A stretch of 64,000 bases of DNA from the human T2T-CHM13v2.0 reference genome, Homo sapiens (GCF_009914755.1 NC_060935.1), one strand, 5' to 3'. Counted from the stretch's first letter, positions 1 through 16,393 are shown. Translations and numbers: made by a program. Notes: generated from the letters alone by a model not told the origin.

Positions 1-3000
1 GGACAGTCACAAAATTCTCTTTTAATTCCTTTTGGACAATTTCCAATAGCTCTTCCAATACATTTTCTCCTTCATTTGCTCTCAGCTCAACACAATATGC
101 CTTAGAGTCCCTAATGGCTTTAGTGTTCACAGGAAGTCTTTATTTTCTCTCCCAGTCTTGACAACAATTTATTTTAGCACCTTGATCCTTCAATTTTTTC
201 TCAGAGTTATTTTCAACTGGATTATTTTTCCTGTCTTATATAGTCTTCTTTATAAAGGCAAGTTGTGGAGCTGAGCCCTTTATTTGAAAGACTAGAGTAA
301 AAGAAGTCTACTTGTTTCCATAGCCCCATTTATTGTACTGTAATTAACTAAGGAAACATGAAATCAGATCTAGATTTAAACATACAAGAAGATAAATTCT
401 AATTTTTGAAGGGTGTTTTATCCCATCTCTTTGAAATTAAGAGACTCAAACATGACTCACAATCCTAATCAGGAAACTGACATTTTAGTAAATTCCTATG
501 ATTACATAATAGACAGCATTTTCTACTTTATATTATTCTCTTCAGTACTGCTTCTGTAAATGGAATGTTATTCTAGGGAAACACCAGTAATGGATGTAGA
601 AAATGTTATTTATTTATTTTGATGTGAAACCTTTGTTATCATAAATGTAGCTAGGGAGACTGTGGATTTTAAGTGGAACAATGAATTTATCATTATAGTA
701 CTGAAAAGGACTTAGTAGGCAGATAATCTGATTTATCATCTTATTTTATAAATAAGGAAGCGTAATTCACTGAGGTAAATTGACTGGGAAAAGACTACAC
801 CATTATTGACCAACACAGTAGAGTCCTTAACCCTCTGTTGATTTTTCCTCCAGGGCTCTTCGCTATGAACTTTTTGCTGAAATCCTACTCAGCTCTGTAA
901 AGTGGGTTCTTACGGCAGTTTATCTGTGTTTCAGTGATCTGAAAATCTTAACTGTTCTGTTTATGTAGAGCAAGGATGGAAATGTGGAAAATTGCAGGAG
1001 CATCTGGCTCTTTATATCTATCACAATATCAAAGCGACTTTTTGGTCAACTGTTATCTCAATAGAAATGAGACTCCTTTTAAGTTACCTCAAGGAATATT
1101 TGGAATAGCTCCCCTTTCACACTGCTACTGAAAAGATGGTCCTTAGCATGGCACTTCTCTGTGAACTATGTATCACTGGACCATGTAAGACAAGTAAATA
1201 AATTGAGAAAATATATATAGAAAATTTATAATAAGCTCTCATTGCTGCAACTTCCATGTGTGTTTTTAGAGGATTCTTCTTGTAGAACAGACTACGGAAT
1301 AATTCCTTGTTGTCACCTGGTGAGGGATATGTGACGTGAGCTGTGTGCTAGTCATGAGTCAGAGGACCAATTCTGGTTCACAAAAGAAATGATCTTTTTA
1401 TTTTATTTTTTTTTAAAAAAGGTCCTTTACTGTACATTTTGAGCGGCACAGCTCTAGAGAATTGAAAATTCAGGGGTTGGCAGCTTCTGTTGACACAGGC
1501 TGCTTAAATATTTGGTAGGTTTCGATTTTCCATTGCCTTATCCTCTTCAGGTAGCTTCTGTAATTATAAAAATGATTGCCTAAAGACAAAAAGTTCTAGT
1601 AACTATGGTCTTAGTTAACCTATGAGTTAACCTATGAGCAGAAGTTACTTACTATTAATGGATATATTGGGTGAGAGGCTAGAAAACTGTAACAAAACAC
1701 AAGAAGCTTGTTTTGATTTTCTTTCTGAATGGATTGAAGTAAATGGGAAAACAGTGCATTTGCCTACTAATTCCTGGGGGAAAACATGTTCTTTGAATGA
1801 GAGCGAAGACATATGAAGTATTCAGTTTCCTAGCAATGTGTTAAAAGGATTGGGGAGAAGGAGTCAGAAGGGATCTTCCTCATTGACAACATAAAAAATA
1901 TTTTGAGATGACCCAGGAAATCAGGGGACTTGAAATATGCAAGTGACCTCTCATCCGTCTCTGAGAATGTGTGGAGCTACACGATTTTGTTGGAGTTCAA
2001 AACATACTCTTGAAAATTATAAAAACAAATGAATCAAATACCTGACCAGTACCAAATAAATATTCCACAATTTCTGTAGGACTCAGTAAGGTGAAGAAAA
2101 GTGATGAAAAATATCAGTTGGAGCTGAAAGAGCTGAAAAATAATCTACTTGAGCAGCAAGCGCTTTTAAGGGGATTGTTAGAGCTGTTTGATCTCATCAT
2201 ATAAACTCTAGGAATGAGTCCTCAGAATGAAACCTTTAGGGTAAGAATGTAAGAAAGGATACTAGACAGATGTACTTAATGTTATCTAGGCTATGTAAGA
2301 AGAAATTTTACATTATTATTACATTATTTACATTGTTTTTCTATAATACTTTTTATTTGTATACCACTTTATAGTCTGAAAGAATGTTCACTTTATTTTT
2401 TCATTTCATACATATGACATGTAAATAATATAGCTTTTATTTTCCTTTCATAGGAGAGGATATTGGAGTATCAATGTGAATTAAAAAGCAGGACTCCACA
2501 TACAGATTTTTTTGTTGTTTTATTCCATCATAATCCCTAAAAGGACATAGAATATGTTGTATAATTTTCTCACCCTCCTTTCCTCCTTCAAAATTTAAGA
2601 CACAAGGTAGGTGGCAGGGAATGACAGAAGTTTTACTTCAAAAATATGTAGACTAACTTTGTTACTTTTTGCATTCTTATATTTTTTGTCAAGATGTCCT
2701 GCTTTTGGTCATAGACCATTCCATCTAAAGATATTCTAAATATATTTAGTCAATCTGAAGATGTTCAGTCAATCAGAGAACTGTCACAGATCAAATTACA
2801 TTTCAAGTTTCACATTTTAGCTTGTTGCTATTGTTTTCATGTCTTTATTTCACAACTTGAAAAGTGATAACATGAAGAAGTCCAAGGAGGTTTCAAAAAT
2901 GTCTGAAAAATCAAGTAAATGTTATTTTGAAAATATTTATTTAGGAATTTATCAGAAAATATGCACAGGAATAAAATCCAGCATTTTTACCAGATTAAAG

Positions 3001-3180
3001 AATAAGATAGATATAATAACTGTTTTTGCTAAATGGTTAATTGGGAAGACACAAAAGTTGTATAGCAGAACTTAGAAATAGTACATTATAAAAAATTGTA
3101 AAACTTCTCTGGCTTATTTTCTGCCTTGGCAGAATGACTGTATCTGGAAATAAGTAATGACTGTGTCTAAAATGTAAGTA

Positions 3181-3475
3181 GGCTGAGTGCAGTGGCACAC
3201 ATCTTTAATCCCAGCACTTTGGAAGGCTGAGGGAGGAGTATTGCTTGAAGACAGGAGTTCAAGACCAGCCTGGGCAATATAGCAAGACCCTGTCTTGACA
3301 AAAAAAAAAATTAAAAATTAGCCAGGCATGGTGGCACACACCTGTAGTCTGTTACTTGGGAGGCTGGGGTAGAAAACTCACTTGAGCCCAGGAATTTAGA
3401 GTTGCAGTGAGCTACAATCATGCCACTGCATTCTAGCCTGGGTGGCAGAACAAAACCCTGTCCACCCTCCCAAAA
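3181..3475 (+). mobile_element. AluJ SINE
   Basis: Starts GGCTGAGTGCAGTGGCACAC. Dimeric with an A-rich linker at ~3300. J-type motifs CTTGAGCCCAGGA and GAGCTACAATCATGCC. AAAATGTA flanks both sides. Confidence 0.9.
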
Positions 3476-3482
3476 ATGTATA

Positions 3483-4050
3483 CAGGTACCTGCACTCACA
3501 TGTTTATTGCAGCACTATACACAACAGCCAAAATACAAAATCAACCTAAGTGCCCATCAATGGATAAACAAATAAAGAAAATGTAGCATATATTCACAAT
3601 GGAGTACTATATTCAGCTATAAAAATGAAGGAAATCCTGTCTTTTGCAGCAATTTGTATGGATATGGATGCCATTATGTTAAGTGAAATAAGCCACAGAA
3701 AAACAAACATCACATGTTCTCAGTCACATGTGGGGGCTAAAAAAGTCAATCTCATGGAGCTAGAAGGTAGATAGTTAACAGAGGCTAGGAAAGGGGAGGG
3801 AAGACAAAGACAGGTTGATTAATGGGTGCAAACACACAATTAGATATAAGGGATATGTTCTAGTGTTCGATAGCACAGTAAAGTAACTATAGTTAACAAA
3901 AATTTATTGTATACTTTTTAAATAGCTAAAGATTTTAAATGTTCCCAACACAACCCTTATTTAATCATTACACACTATATGCATGTATCAAAATATTACA
4001 TATACCCCATAAATATGTACATGTATTATGCATCAATACAACATTTAAAA
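3483..4050 (+). mobile_element. L1MA-type LINE-1 3' end (ORF2 C-terminus plus 3'UTR)
   Basis: ATGTTTATTGCAGCACTA...CAACCTAAGTGCCCATCAATGGATAAAC...CATTATGTTAAGTGAAATAAGCC, then an L1MA-style 3'UTR ending ACCCCATAAATATGTAC. Confidence 0.85.
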
Positions 4051-5654
4051 TGTAACCCTGAAGCATGCATAATTTGATTGAATTAAATAAAATCTAAATA
4101 GCTGTTTTGAAATTCTATATATGAATTTTCGCTTTAGTTCAGCTATCACATGATTGTGTTTTTTATTGTCACTAATTTTATTAAATTTTCTCAATATTGT
4201 GGTTACCACTAATAATTCTCTTTGCCTAATAAACACATTACCTCAATGTCCTTCTTTCTTTTCGAGCTATAAAAATTTGTCAGGCTGCTTTGAAACCAAC
4301 ACTTCCAACGTGCTAGCTATCCACAGCTATAAAAATCTATTGCATATTTTATGGCTAATACATCAACTCTCAGAATAAATTTCCAACAGCGTAAGATAAA
4401 TTGTGGGGAACTTCATGTATTAAAGTTTGGGAACATCTTTCCTCTATGAGGCAGAGAAAATGGATTCAGATTTTTGTCCTCATCCCTTCCATGTGGAAAG
4501 TCTACTTTAAACACATTCTGTAATTCCCAAGGAATGTTTCTGAAGTCTTTCTCTACAGAGACTTGCTTGTGACTATGACCATATATACTACATCAAGTCA
4601 GGAACCAAACTCTGGAGTGTGGAAAAGAAAAAAGAGAAAAAAAATGGTAGATTAATAAGAAATTAAGGATAAAGAAGAGTAGGCATAAATCTTAAGAGTG
4701 TTAGGAGGTGGGACGATGTGGAAGAGTTACTAGACAATTTCTGCCTTCCATTTGGAAGTCCAAATTCATTCTTCCTACAGCACATATTGATAGTCTATTC
4801 CATGATAAATATTGCAGTAGATAACAGAGGTCCATATTTAATGCATGCTTTTACATCCAATCAGCCACTTTCATTCATCCCTATTATTTCTTTTTGTCTA
4901 ATTCCTCACCACCTTTTGCCTAGATCATTTTAATTTCCTTTTTTATTCTCTAACATTCTTCCATTTTACTCTTCCCTCCATGTAAATTTTTCTCAAGGAC
5001 AAATATCAGACTTAGAAATATCACCTAAATATTTGATGTACACGTTTTTATAAGATCACGGTCACACTCACCAGTACCGCATCTGAGGGCCTTTAAAATC
5101 CTACGTTTTTCTCTAAACCTCTGCAGCTTTATTTTCTGGCATTGTCCTACTGCTGCTTTCATGTACAGGTAATAGGTAGCTTAGCATCAGTGTCTCAGGT
5201 GAAGCATACACGTCCTTTTTCTGTCTTCATAACATTGATTATATTGCTCCCTTTACCTGAAGCAATTCTTTTCTATTGGGCTTTAGTCACTCACAAAATT
5301 TCTAGTTATTTCAAATAAAACAATATGTCATCTTTTTCGCGAGTCTCTCCTGCCTTCTTTAAATAGACTTGCTTTATTTTATGGACTCCATAGTAATTGT
5401 ACGTATCTCCACATAGCACAACACATGATATTGCAGTTATACTACTTGACTACTGTGAATGCCTCTAGGTTGGAAACTCTTTATTTTCTTTTATATTGCA
5501 TGTATCGAACCTAGTCTATATTCGATGCCTAATGAATATGAAATAAATTAATTAACATTCCTTAAAATAGTAGCTGTAGCTTTTGTGTCTGCATATGTCA
5601 GCATCCCAGAAGCAAGAAAATGTACTATTTCTTACAGTTCTTAAAAAGTAAGTA

Positions 5655-6088
5655 CAATCAACCCTTGAAGAACAGGGTTTGAACTGTACAAGCTCACTTA
5701 CACACAAATTTTCTTTTGCTTCTGCCCCCTGACCCCAGAGAGCAAAACCAACCCCTTCTCTTCCGCCTCCTCCTCAGCCTAATCCACTTGAAGATAATGG
5801 GGAGGAAGACATTTATTATTATTCATTCCACTTAATTAACAGTAAATATATTTTCTCTTTATTTTGATTTTCATAACAATTCATTTTCTATAGTTTAAGA
5901 ATGCAGTATATGATGCACATAACATCTAAAGTAAGTGTTTATCAACTGTGTCTTATTGATACTGCTTCTGATGAACAGTGGGTTATATTGATAGTTAAGA
6001 TTTGAGGGAGTCAGAAGTTGTTATACATGGATTTTCTACTGTGCAGGAGTTGGCACCACTAACAACCATATTGTTCAAGCACCAACTT
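5655..6088 (+). mobile_element. Tigger2a (MER28) non-autonomous TcMar DNA transposon
   Basis: Degenerate TIRs CAATCAACCCTTGAAGAAC and TTGTTCAAGCACCAACTT, flanked by TA on both sides. Internal CCTCCTCCTCAGCCT motif. Length 434 bp. Confidence 0.85.
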
Positions 6089-6172
6089 TAGTTGAGTTTA
6101 ATATATAATATACAACTCTCATTCTATGTAGAGAGAAAAAAACAAAGCAGGTAAATCTTTTTACATGGCTTA

Positions 6173-6173
<1 letters not shown>

Positions 6174-6209
<36 letters not shown>
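6174..6209. repeat. (CA)n microsatellite, ~18 units
   Basis: Uninterrupted CA run read directly. Confidence 0.97.
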
Positions 6210-6210
<1 letters not shown>

Positions 6211-8419
6211 GAAGTAACATTTGGAGAAGGTAATCTCCTCTGGTTAAACTTTATCAATCCTAAGGTCTTGGAAGGTGAGATGATGAAGTGTCTGTCTTGG
6301 GGAGACGAGTTAACCCCTAACAATCTTCATCAACTCTTCCCTCAGATAGCCTTTTGTGTTGCCCTTATAATATTTTGTCACTGACAGGAAAGCAACTGGG
6401 CTATTGCTAGTGATTTCCCTGGTGAAGAAGCGTGCAGTAATTGTTCCAAAGCACCAGGGGCCAAAGTCAAGAGCAGAGCATAACAGTTTTCCTTCAATCC
6501 ATTATCTCTCTGTTCCCTCCAGTTTCCATCTGCTCCACGTGGCAGGTACCACCAAGCAACCCTCACCCACTCAACACACACCAGTTTCAAGATAGACTTC
6601 AATCTGTTCAATCTGTTAGTTCTAGAATATATAATTCTGTTTCACTTCTCTAATTTTTGCAGGGATATGTTCACTGTAGGGAAACAACAGCCCATGATAG
6701 ATTGTCAGTCTTGTAAGCAACAAGCCGAAATGTTAACAGAGGTAATGTGTTTGTGGAAGAATCTTAAGGAAGTTCATATATTTAATTTTCAACAGGTTTG
6801 GTATAAGGACAAATCATTATTTTGCCTTTTCATATTGTGACATAATTTAAGAAATATGGAATTTATTATTTCCTTTTGTCTATAAACTGAGGCCCAAAGG
6901 AATAACATTGCTTGACAATGGTAATAGAACTTGTTAATCACAGAACTTGATTTTACTTTTTTCTAGCTGGTTAAGAACAGTTTCCACTGGACCACATTGT
7001 TTTCATTGGAGGAATATAGATTTCTATAAGGGGTAATTTAACTCAGGTGGATAGGTGATGTGAATTAAACAAAATGGAGGTATTAGTATCCTTAGACAAA
7101 TAAACCCTATGTGATAAAGATCAGGATAATTTTGGCTGTCTTGAACCACACTTTAATGAATTCTTCAGGCTGAGAGGGACCTCTACATTTCAATCATTTC
7201 AAGTACATAAGGTTATTTACATTGTTAAACTTGTTTCTTAGTAAAGTGAGAACAATGTACAATTAAAGCCCTTCAAACTATTGTGATAAAAACAGCTTTG
7301 TTTCTGCAAATTTTTTTAAAAGTGATAATATCATCTGATGATGATGTGACTAGGCATATGATCTCTAATATAATTATCATCTGATTTTGGTTTGATTGTG
7401 CTTGATAGGTTTCATGGTGGGGTGAAGAACAACTAGAACTTCCAAACTAGGTTATTCCTGTCCATCCTACCATTTGTTTGTTTTTATGGTGAGGGTAATG
7501 GGAAATAACTAGTTTTTTTAGGTTCATAGACCTCCAGTTTTTGGTTCACTGAAACTGATTATGTTTTATATAAATTACTGTGGAAGATGATTCTTTGATA
7601 GGTGATTGCAATCAGGAGAATGATATATAATTTTGATTAATCAAGAAAGGTTGATTAATTTTAGCATTGATTGTGGCATAATCCCACACTAGAATGAAAT
7701 GCTGTTTACTGTCATTTGGGATGAGTAATATTCTGCAGTGAACTGAGCACTTGTTTAAGTACTCCAAATTTCATATGAAGTTATCTAACATTTTGTTATT
7801 TCTATTGGTGAGTATAAATAAGTTTTTAGTGTTTTCAAAAGTCTGAATCCCCAAAAGCATTATAATGTATAAAATCACACAAACAAAAATATCTTCCAAA
7901 ACATATTATTAAGACTATTCTGTTTTTTTCTTCCATCAAAACCTCCACAATAATATCTCCAAAGTGTTATTCACTTGTTATTGATGTAGTCAGATTTTCA
8001 GTCTATGAAGTTTAATTAATCCATTACTTTTTACATAAAATTGGAATGTATTCCGTATTTTACTGATGTTCATATGTGACCTTTATCTTGTGAGGTTTAC
8101 AAGTCAGATATTGTTAACCATAACCATTAAAAATTGACAAATCAACTTAGCTTTTGGTCGTCCCTCATTTTTGCTAGATGATTCTTTTCTCAAATTTGGG
8201 ACATAACCAGTGTCACTCACCACTGTAACTGCTTCAGATTCCTTTAAATTTTTTATTTTTTCTGCCATCAGATTCTTAATTGATGACTGAATCTCTTACT
8301 TTATTAAAAGGAGTTACACATTGGATCATCCCAAAGCCAGTTCCTTTTCATTTATCAGGTCAGAATTGAAATACCTTCCACAAAGTGATGCACTCTATCA
8401 TTATTTAAGTAAATCAGTG

Positions 8420-8665
8420 TTCTTCCTTTTCAATTATCAAGACCATAGCACCCTGCTATTTCATTGTTCTACCACTTATTTTTCATAATTAGCACTTTTA
8501 TTAAGTTTTTATTTGTTTACATTTGTCTTCTAGAAATAAATATAAACTCTATGAGACAATAAAACTTTCTCTCCTGTTCATTGCTGTATTCCCAGTGTCA
8601 AGGACAAGGTTTGATATACGATGGAGGTTAAAAAAGAAATGTTGAATGTATAAATGAATTAATGT
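8420..8665 (+). mobile_element. L2 3'-end fragment
   Basis: TGTTCATTGCTGTATTCCCAGTGTC...GTTGAATGTATAAATGAAT resembles the L2 terminus. Confidence 0.6.
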
Positions 8666-8814
8666 TCTAATGCTCCTTTAGTGACCCTCAATTTTATTTA
8701 ATGATTCTATTAAGGTTTATTTGTTTTTACTTTTACTAGTATCTGAAGATTTGCTCAATCAAATCTTCAGTGTCCTGTACACTTCCAATCCAAATCTCCT
8801 GAAGATAATGCTCT

Positions 8815-9114
8815 GTTTGTTTGTTTCTTTGAGACTGAGTCTCGCTCTGTCACCCAGGCTGGAATGCAATGGTGCGATCTTGTCTCACTGCAACCTCCGC
8901 CTCCCGGATTGAAGCGATTCTCCCTGCCTCAGCCTCCCAAGTAGCTGGGATTACAGGCGCCTGCCACCATGCCCGGCTAATTTTTTCTATTTTTAGTGGA
9001 GATGGGGTTTCACCATGTTGGCCAGGCTGGTCTCAAACTCCTGACCTCAGGTGATCTGCCTGCCTAGGCATCCCAAAGTGTTGGGATTACAGGCGTGAGC
9101 CACAATGCCCGGCC
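8815..9114 (-). mobile_element. AluS (Sx-like) SINE
   Basis: Reverse-strand full Alu ending GCCCGGCC. TSD AAGATAATG(C/T)TCT at 8802-8814 and 9116-9128. Confidence 0.95.
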
Positions 9115-9184
9115 AAAGATAATGTTCTTCATATGTATGTTTCCTTTTTTTAATACTCTTAAAGCTCTCTCAACTTTTGAAACA

Positions 9185-9385
9185 GTTAATAATGTAAGCC
9201 CTGGAGTTAGGTTGCTTGGTATTGTATCTACTACTCCACCACTTACCAGTTGGCGCACTTGGACAAATTCCTTGAGTCTCCTACACCTCAGTTTCTCATC
9301 ATCTGTGTTGATGTTAACAATACCACCTTTATAGATTTATTCTGAATATTAAATGAATTCAGACATTATGGTGCTTCAAACAACA
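9185..9385 (+). mobile_element. MIR SINE
   Basis: MIR core CTTGGACAAATTCCTTGAGTCTCCTACACCTCAGTTTCTCATC. Confidence 0.7.
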
Positions 9386-9635
9386 CATTCCTCTCACATT
9401 AATGTGAGCATTTTTATTATATGAAAATAATTCTTTATTTTTAAAAAATATTCTCCAGAGAGAGTAAAAGAGATGGAAAAGGTGAGACAGAATTGGGTAA
9501 AGTAGTTAAGTAATTTCCTAAACCTTCCTATTAGTGTTTTTCCGTCACCTACCTGCATTCCTCTCTTTAGGATACATGAAATATCACTGTATAATCATAG
9601 TATTTAATTTGTATTATTTGCTAGAGTAGTGCTGA

Positions 9636-10867
<1,232 letters not shown>

Positions 10868-11789
10868 TCAGTTTATTATTCCGGTGGTCTACACTTCTAG
10901 CTCTATTTTTTTTACTAAAATTTTCACCCCTACCCTTCACCTCTGGCTTCTCTATCCACCAAATGGATTATTGGCAAGAATGTCGTAAATGTCAACTCTG
11001 AAAACCCATAGACATACCCCTTCTTAATCCTATTATAAAGATAATGAGTGCAGGTTAAAGCATGACCCCACTGGAGAACAATTAACATTTTTTATCTCCA
11101 AAGCTGGGAAACAAATCACAAAACAAGATATATAGGCTAGGTCTAGCAATAGAAAGAAGTAATGTATTGAGTTTAACCTGCTAGATGCTATTCAAGCGGC
11201 CTCCTACTCCATGGGTAATTGAAAGATAGATTCCAAGAAACAAGTGTAAAAAATTAAGATTCAAACTAAAGGGCTGCATTTTCTCTGTATAATACTACTG
11301 AATTAATTAAACAAGAGACAAAAGAAAAATTTAGGGTACAGAAAGTTGCTACACCAAGAAAGAGTAGGATAAAGAAACAAGAGAGTAGATATAGATTTAA
11401 AAGGGTATCTTTCAAGCGTAGAATACAGATACAGGAGAGACTTATCCCTGAATTCAGCATGGTAATTTGGGGATAGCTTATACTTAAAAGTGGCAGATAA
11501 TATTTATCTCATACTAAAAAGTGACAAAGAATATGCCACTGAAAAGTGCCAAAAGAACATGGGAACCTAGGGTAATACTCAGCTTCACATGGTCCTAGAG
11601 GCAGAACGGTATCAGCATCTGCTCTCAGAAGTCAATGCACTGGGTTTCGAGAAGAAGAGACACCACCCAGGAAGAGGAAGACCGGTGACCATTTCCAGGC
11701 AGAATCATAACTTTAAATTGAAACATTAAGATCAGAAAGAAGATGGAGATTGGAGTTTTCTCAGATTTTGTTAATGGAGCCCAAACTAA

Positions 11790-12257
<468 letters not shown>

Positions 12258-13076
12258 TGAGAGGCTATTAAACTTACATTTCTGACTTTGATTAATGTAC
12301 TGATTTCTAATTGCGTTTGGTATATTGTCAAACATGTATTCATTTTACTATATCAAATATGTCTATTTGTTTCTTCTCATAAAGTTATTCTCTATTTTTT
12401 CATTTCCGTTAATGAGTATATTATTTTCTCCCAAATCATGATCCATTGACTCAATATTTACCTTCACATTCTTTTTCCTTTGTTGTCAGTCTTATTAAAT
12501 TGTCTTTTAGGTAACTTTCCAGATTTATCTCTTCCTTTTCATATTTTGTATTTTGTAAGCTGTCTTCAAATTTGAAGTGTCCTTCCTTCTTCAATAACCA
12601 ATAAGTTCTCAAAATGTCAGTACATGCCCCATCACTGTCAAATGTGCTTCTTCCTCTTTCCGAACTTGATTTCTCTTTCTCTAACTCCTTTAAATTTATT
12701 GACTTTACTATTAACTTGTTATCCATGTATATGGTCTTGCTGCTGTCTATACACCATATGCCAAAAAGAATAAAATTTCTTTTTAGGTAGATCCTTAACT
12801 TTTATATGAATATTTTTGTTTTGCCCTTCAGGTTGATTAACAGATGTTAAGAAAATTACAGGATTACAATGATTTTAAAGTAAGAAAACAGGTAAAAAAT
12901 TTATTCGTTGGCAGTAATACCAGTATTAAACAATTTAAATCAATTCATTAAATAAGTCATTACTTAATATAAATTCATCGGTTTAATGATTAACTCATTT
13001 AACTTTGAAAACACTTATCTTGGGTACTTATGTGCCATGCACTCATGCGGGCACTGTGCTATTTAAAAATTAAAAT

Positions 13077-13401
<325 letters not shown>

Positions 13402-15884
13402 CTAACCACATGATTTTTAAAATATAATAATAAAAATAGTAACTTTAAAAAAGATGAAACAGTTTACTACTGTTTTCATAATTGACAGGATACAGTGAAA
13501 CACAGAATGTTTTGTGAGGAACATTTAGGAAGAATGCTGCAACTTCAGATAAATCTATTATTTTATAAATCTTTGATGATTTTAATGAAAATATCCTGAA
13601 TAAAGAAAGCATCGCCATTTTATCAAAGAAAATATATAGAACAACTGTGGATACAGTATATTTGTACTATCACAGGTAAATGAGGAAAGTAATAAATTAC
13701 CTAAAATTAAAAGGTAAAGATACTCTCATGTAAACTGTTGATGCTGCTATTTGAAAACTTTAGTTTCTGTTTAGATAACTTACAAATAATTATAGATTAG
13801 AGACTTGTAAAATTCACTTTTATCTGCTATTAATATTTAGGAAGACTTTCACTGTTGTTATTTTCATGACTGTATAATATTGTTTTTATTGCTGCTATTA
13901 CTTTCAAAGTTATATTAAATTACATTTAATAAGCAAATGACCACTTAAATTATTTTTTCAGTAGGTAACCTTACTAATGAAGTCTAAACAGTTATGTGAT
14001 GCAAAAAAACAAACCTTAGTTCCAAGTTCTCTTCATTTCTTTCTAAAATAAAAATACATTATAATCTTGCTTTACATCTCCAGATCTTTCTAGGTTCTTA
14101 TATTTATTTGTATGTTCACTTTTACTAAAGAAGCTAAAATAATTGAGGCATGTATGTTTCACTCCAATAAAGATGCACTTCCAAGAGGTTCTAAATCAAT
14201 GAATTTATATCCATTTTTCACTCTTGATAGAACCAATTTTCAGAACATCTTCTCCACCATTTATCTTTTTAGACTCTTAATCTCTTTTTCAAATGTTTTA
14301 TCTTATAGTTTCTAGTGCCGCCCTCATGTTCCTTTCTAAAGGTTTATCCTCTTAAAACTATAATTTAAAAAACTGATTTATTCATTTGTATTTATCATAT
14401 GTGGTTCTAAATCAAAGGAAGACTAATGCTAAGTATAACAATTAGCATCTTTTGTTTTCCATTTTTTATTATATTCTTTTCAAAGCCTATCTTAAAGAAA
14501 GTGAAATGTAGCTGATAAAATTGTATGATGTCTCATTAAAGAAGAAAAATGAAAATTTATAAAGAAAATAACTAAACAGAATATTACTTAGAAATATATT
14601 CTTAGAATACATAGTAATTTTCTTGACCATCTAAAGTTTTAAATGGAAAAGTGATACAACCTGTTTTTATGAGTAATTTTATATTAAATTTTACTACTGT
14701 CATCCCCATCTTCAAAGTTTCTTCTTCAACATATTTGTGAGTGTCGATTAATCAGAACACAAGTTTAGCAACTGTTTCTGCCTCAAGTCCAGGCTTTCTT
14801 TATTAAATGAATCCTGAAAATGTTGAGTTCCATTTTATTTGTTGATGGACCTATTATACTCATCATTTTTGGTCCAAGAGAGATCATCAAGCTAGAAATA
14901 CAGGTATTCTTATATCTAAGAATGGATTGTTTGAAAATGTACCACAAAGACTTTCCTTTGAGCAAAATTTTATAGAAGTTAAATGTGCCACTCTTTGAAA
15001 CCACTAAGAGGCATGCAGTGTGTTTTCTAAAACACCAGATGAAATTATTATAGGCCATTTTTATTTTTGGCATGGCACAAAGCAAGGGCCTCAGAACAAG
15101 AATACAGTAAATTTTTACTTTATTCTTTAAAATGAGAATCCAGCAGAATAAAGGTGTTTGGTTGAAAGTCATTTAATTATATCTTCAAGGAGATGAAGTG
15201 CTGTATTAGAAATAAATACCGCTATCTGAAAGACACATTTTCAGACAAGAAACTTGGCTTTTAATAAAAGAGAAATGGAAAGAAAATAATAGTACTATTT
15301 TAAAAACTAAAGCAAGATTGTTAAGATTTCACACACAAGGGGATGTATCTTTTTTCTACACGTTATACTTTAATTTGGAGCTGCTGTTTTCTTGAACATC
15401 TGCTTGTCAGGCAAGAAAAATGATTTAAATGGGTATTTCACAATTTAAAAGCAAATTTAATTGCATTCTGAGTGCAGTAGTTTTATGAATTCTGTATATA
15501 TTAACTTAAAAGATAAAATATAATTGAACAGAAAAAATATAGTCTTTATGACTAAATTATAACTAGAAAAATTGGCAGATGATTATGTTAAAATTAAAAC
15601 ACTGAGAACTGGTTTTCACCCTCCACACTGTGAAATTCATATTTTTAGCTAGAAGTACAATGTCCTTTACTTCAGAGAATTTTCTGCCACTTTATTTGCA
15701 GACAATCTCACAAGCAAAATTTAAAGAATACATGACTAGAATAAAAAGTTTACAAAAGTATACCTCTATTCACATGATGTGTAAATAGTGCCATTTTTAG
15801 CATTACAGAAAATCCTCATTTGGAAGAAGGACATTTAACAATATCTTTAGAAACTAATTCTATTAACTTATCTACTGTAGTTAT

Positions 15885-16393
15885 TATATTAAGTTCCCAG
15901 TGTTGTAGCCAATTACCACAAACTTAGTTGCTTAAAAAAACATAAATTTATTATCTTACAGTCCTGGAGGTCAGAAATATGAATAGGGTTTTACCGGACT
16001 AATAATGTGTTGGCAAGTTGCATTCCTTCTGAGAATGGGAAAGATAATCTATTCCTTTGCTTTTTTACAACTTCTAGAGGCTGCCCACATTCCTTGGCTC
16101 ATGGCCTCCTGCTCCATCTTCAAAGCCAGCAATCTCCCTTTGACCCTCTCTCTGTAATCATATCTCTTTCTCTGAGTCTGACTCCCCTGCCTCTCTCTTT
16201 CTTTCCCTTATTAGGACCCATATAATAACATTAGACCCACCAGGAAAATCGAGGCCAATATCCTCATCTTAAGATTTTTTAATTAATCACATATGCAGAG
16301 TCCCCTTGTCAATGTAAGTTAACATATTCACAGATTCTAGAGATTGGGAAGTGGACATCTTTTGTGTTGGGGGGATGTTATTCTGCTTTTGCA
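15885..16393 (-). mobile_element. MLT1D-like MaLR solo LTR
   Basis: AATTACCACAAACTTAG...CTTCTAGAGGCTGCCCACATTCCTTGGCTCATGGCC...CATATTCACAGATTCTAG, typical of reverse MLT1D. Confidence 0.8.

Noticed and set aside
12451-12726. 91-aa K/E-rich ORF on the minus strand (MDNKLIVKSINLKELEKEK...)
   Set aside because: No recognisable family. The + strand is pyrimidine-rich, probably decayed L2, which yields K/E-rich antisense ORFs by composition.
14783-15172. 129-aa ORF in unique sequence
   Set aside because: No recognisable domain, and its composition is typical of random AT-rich DNA.
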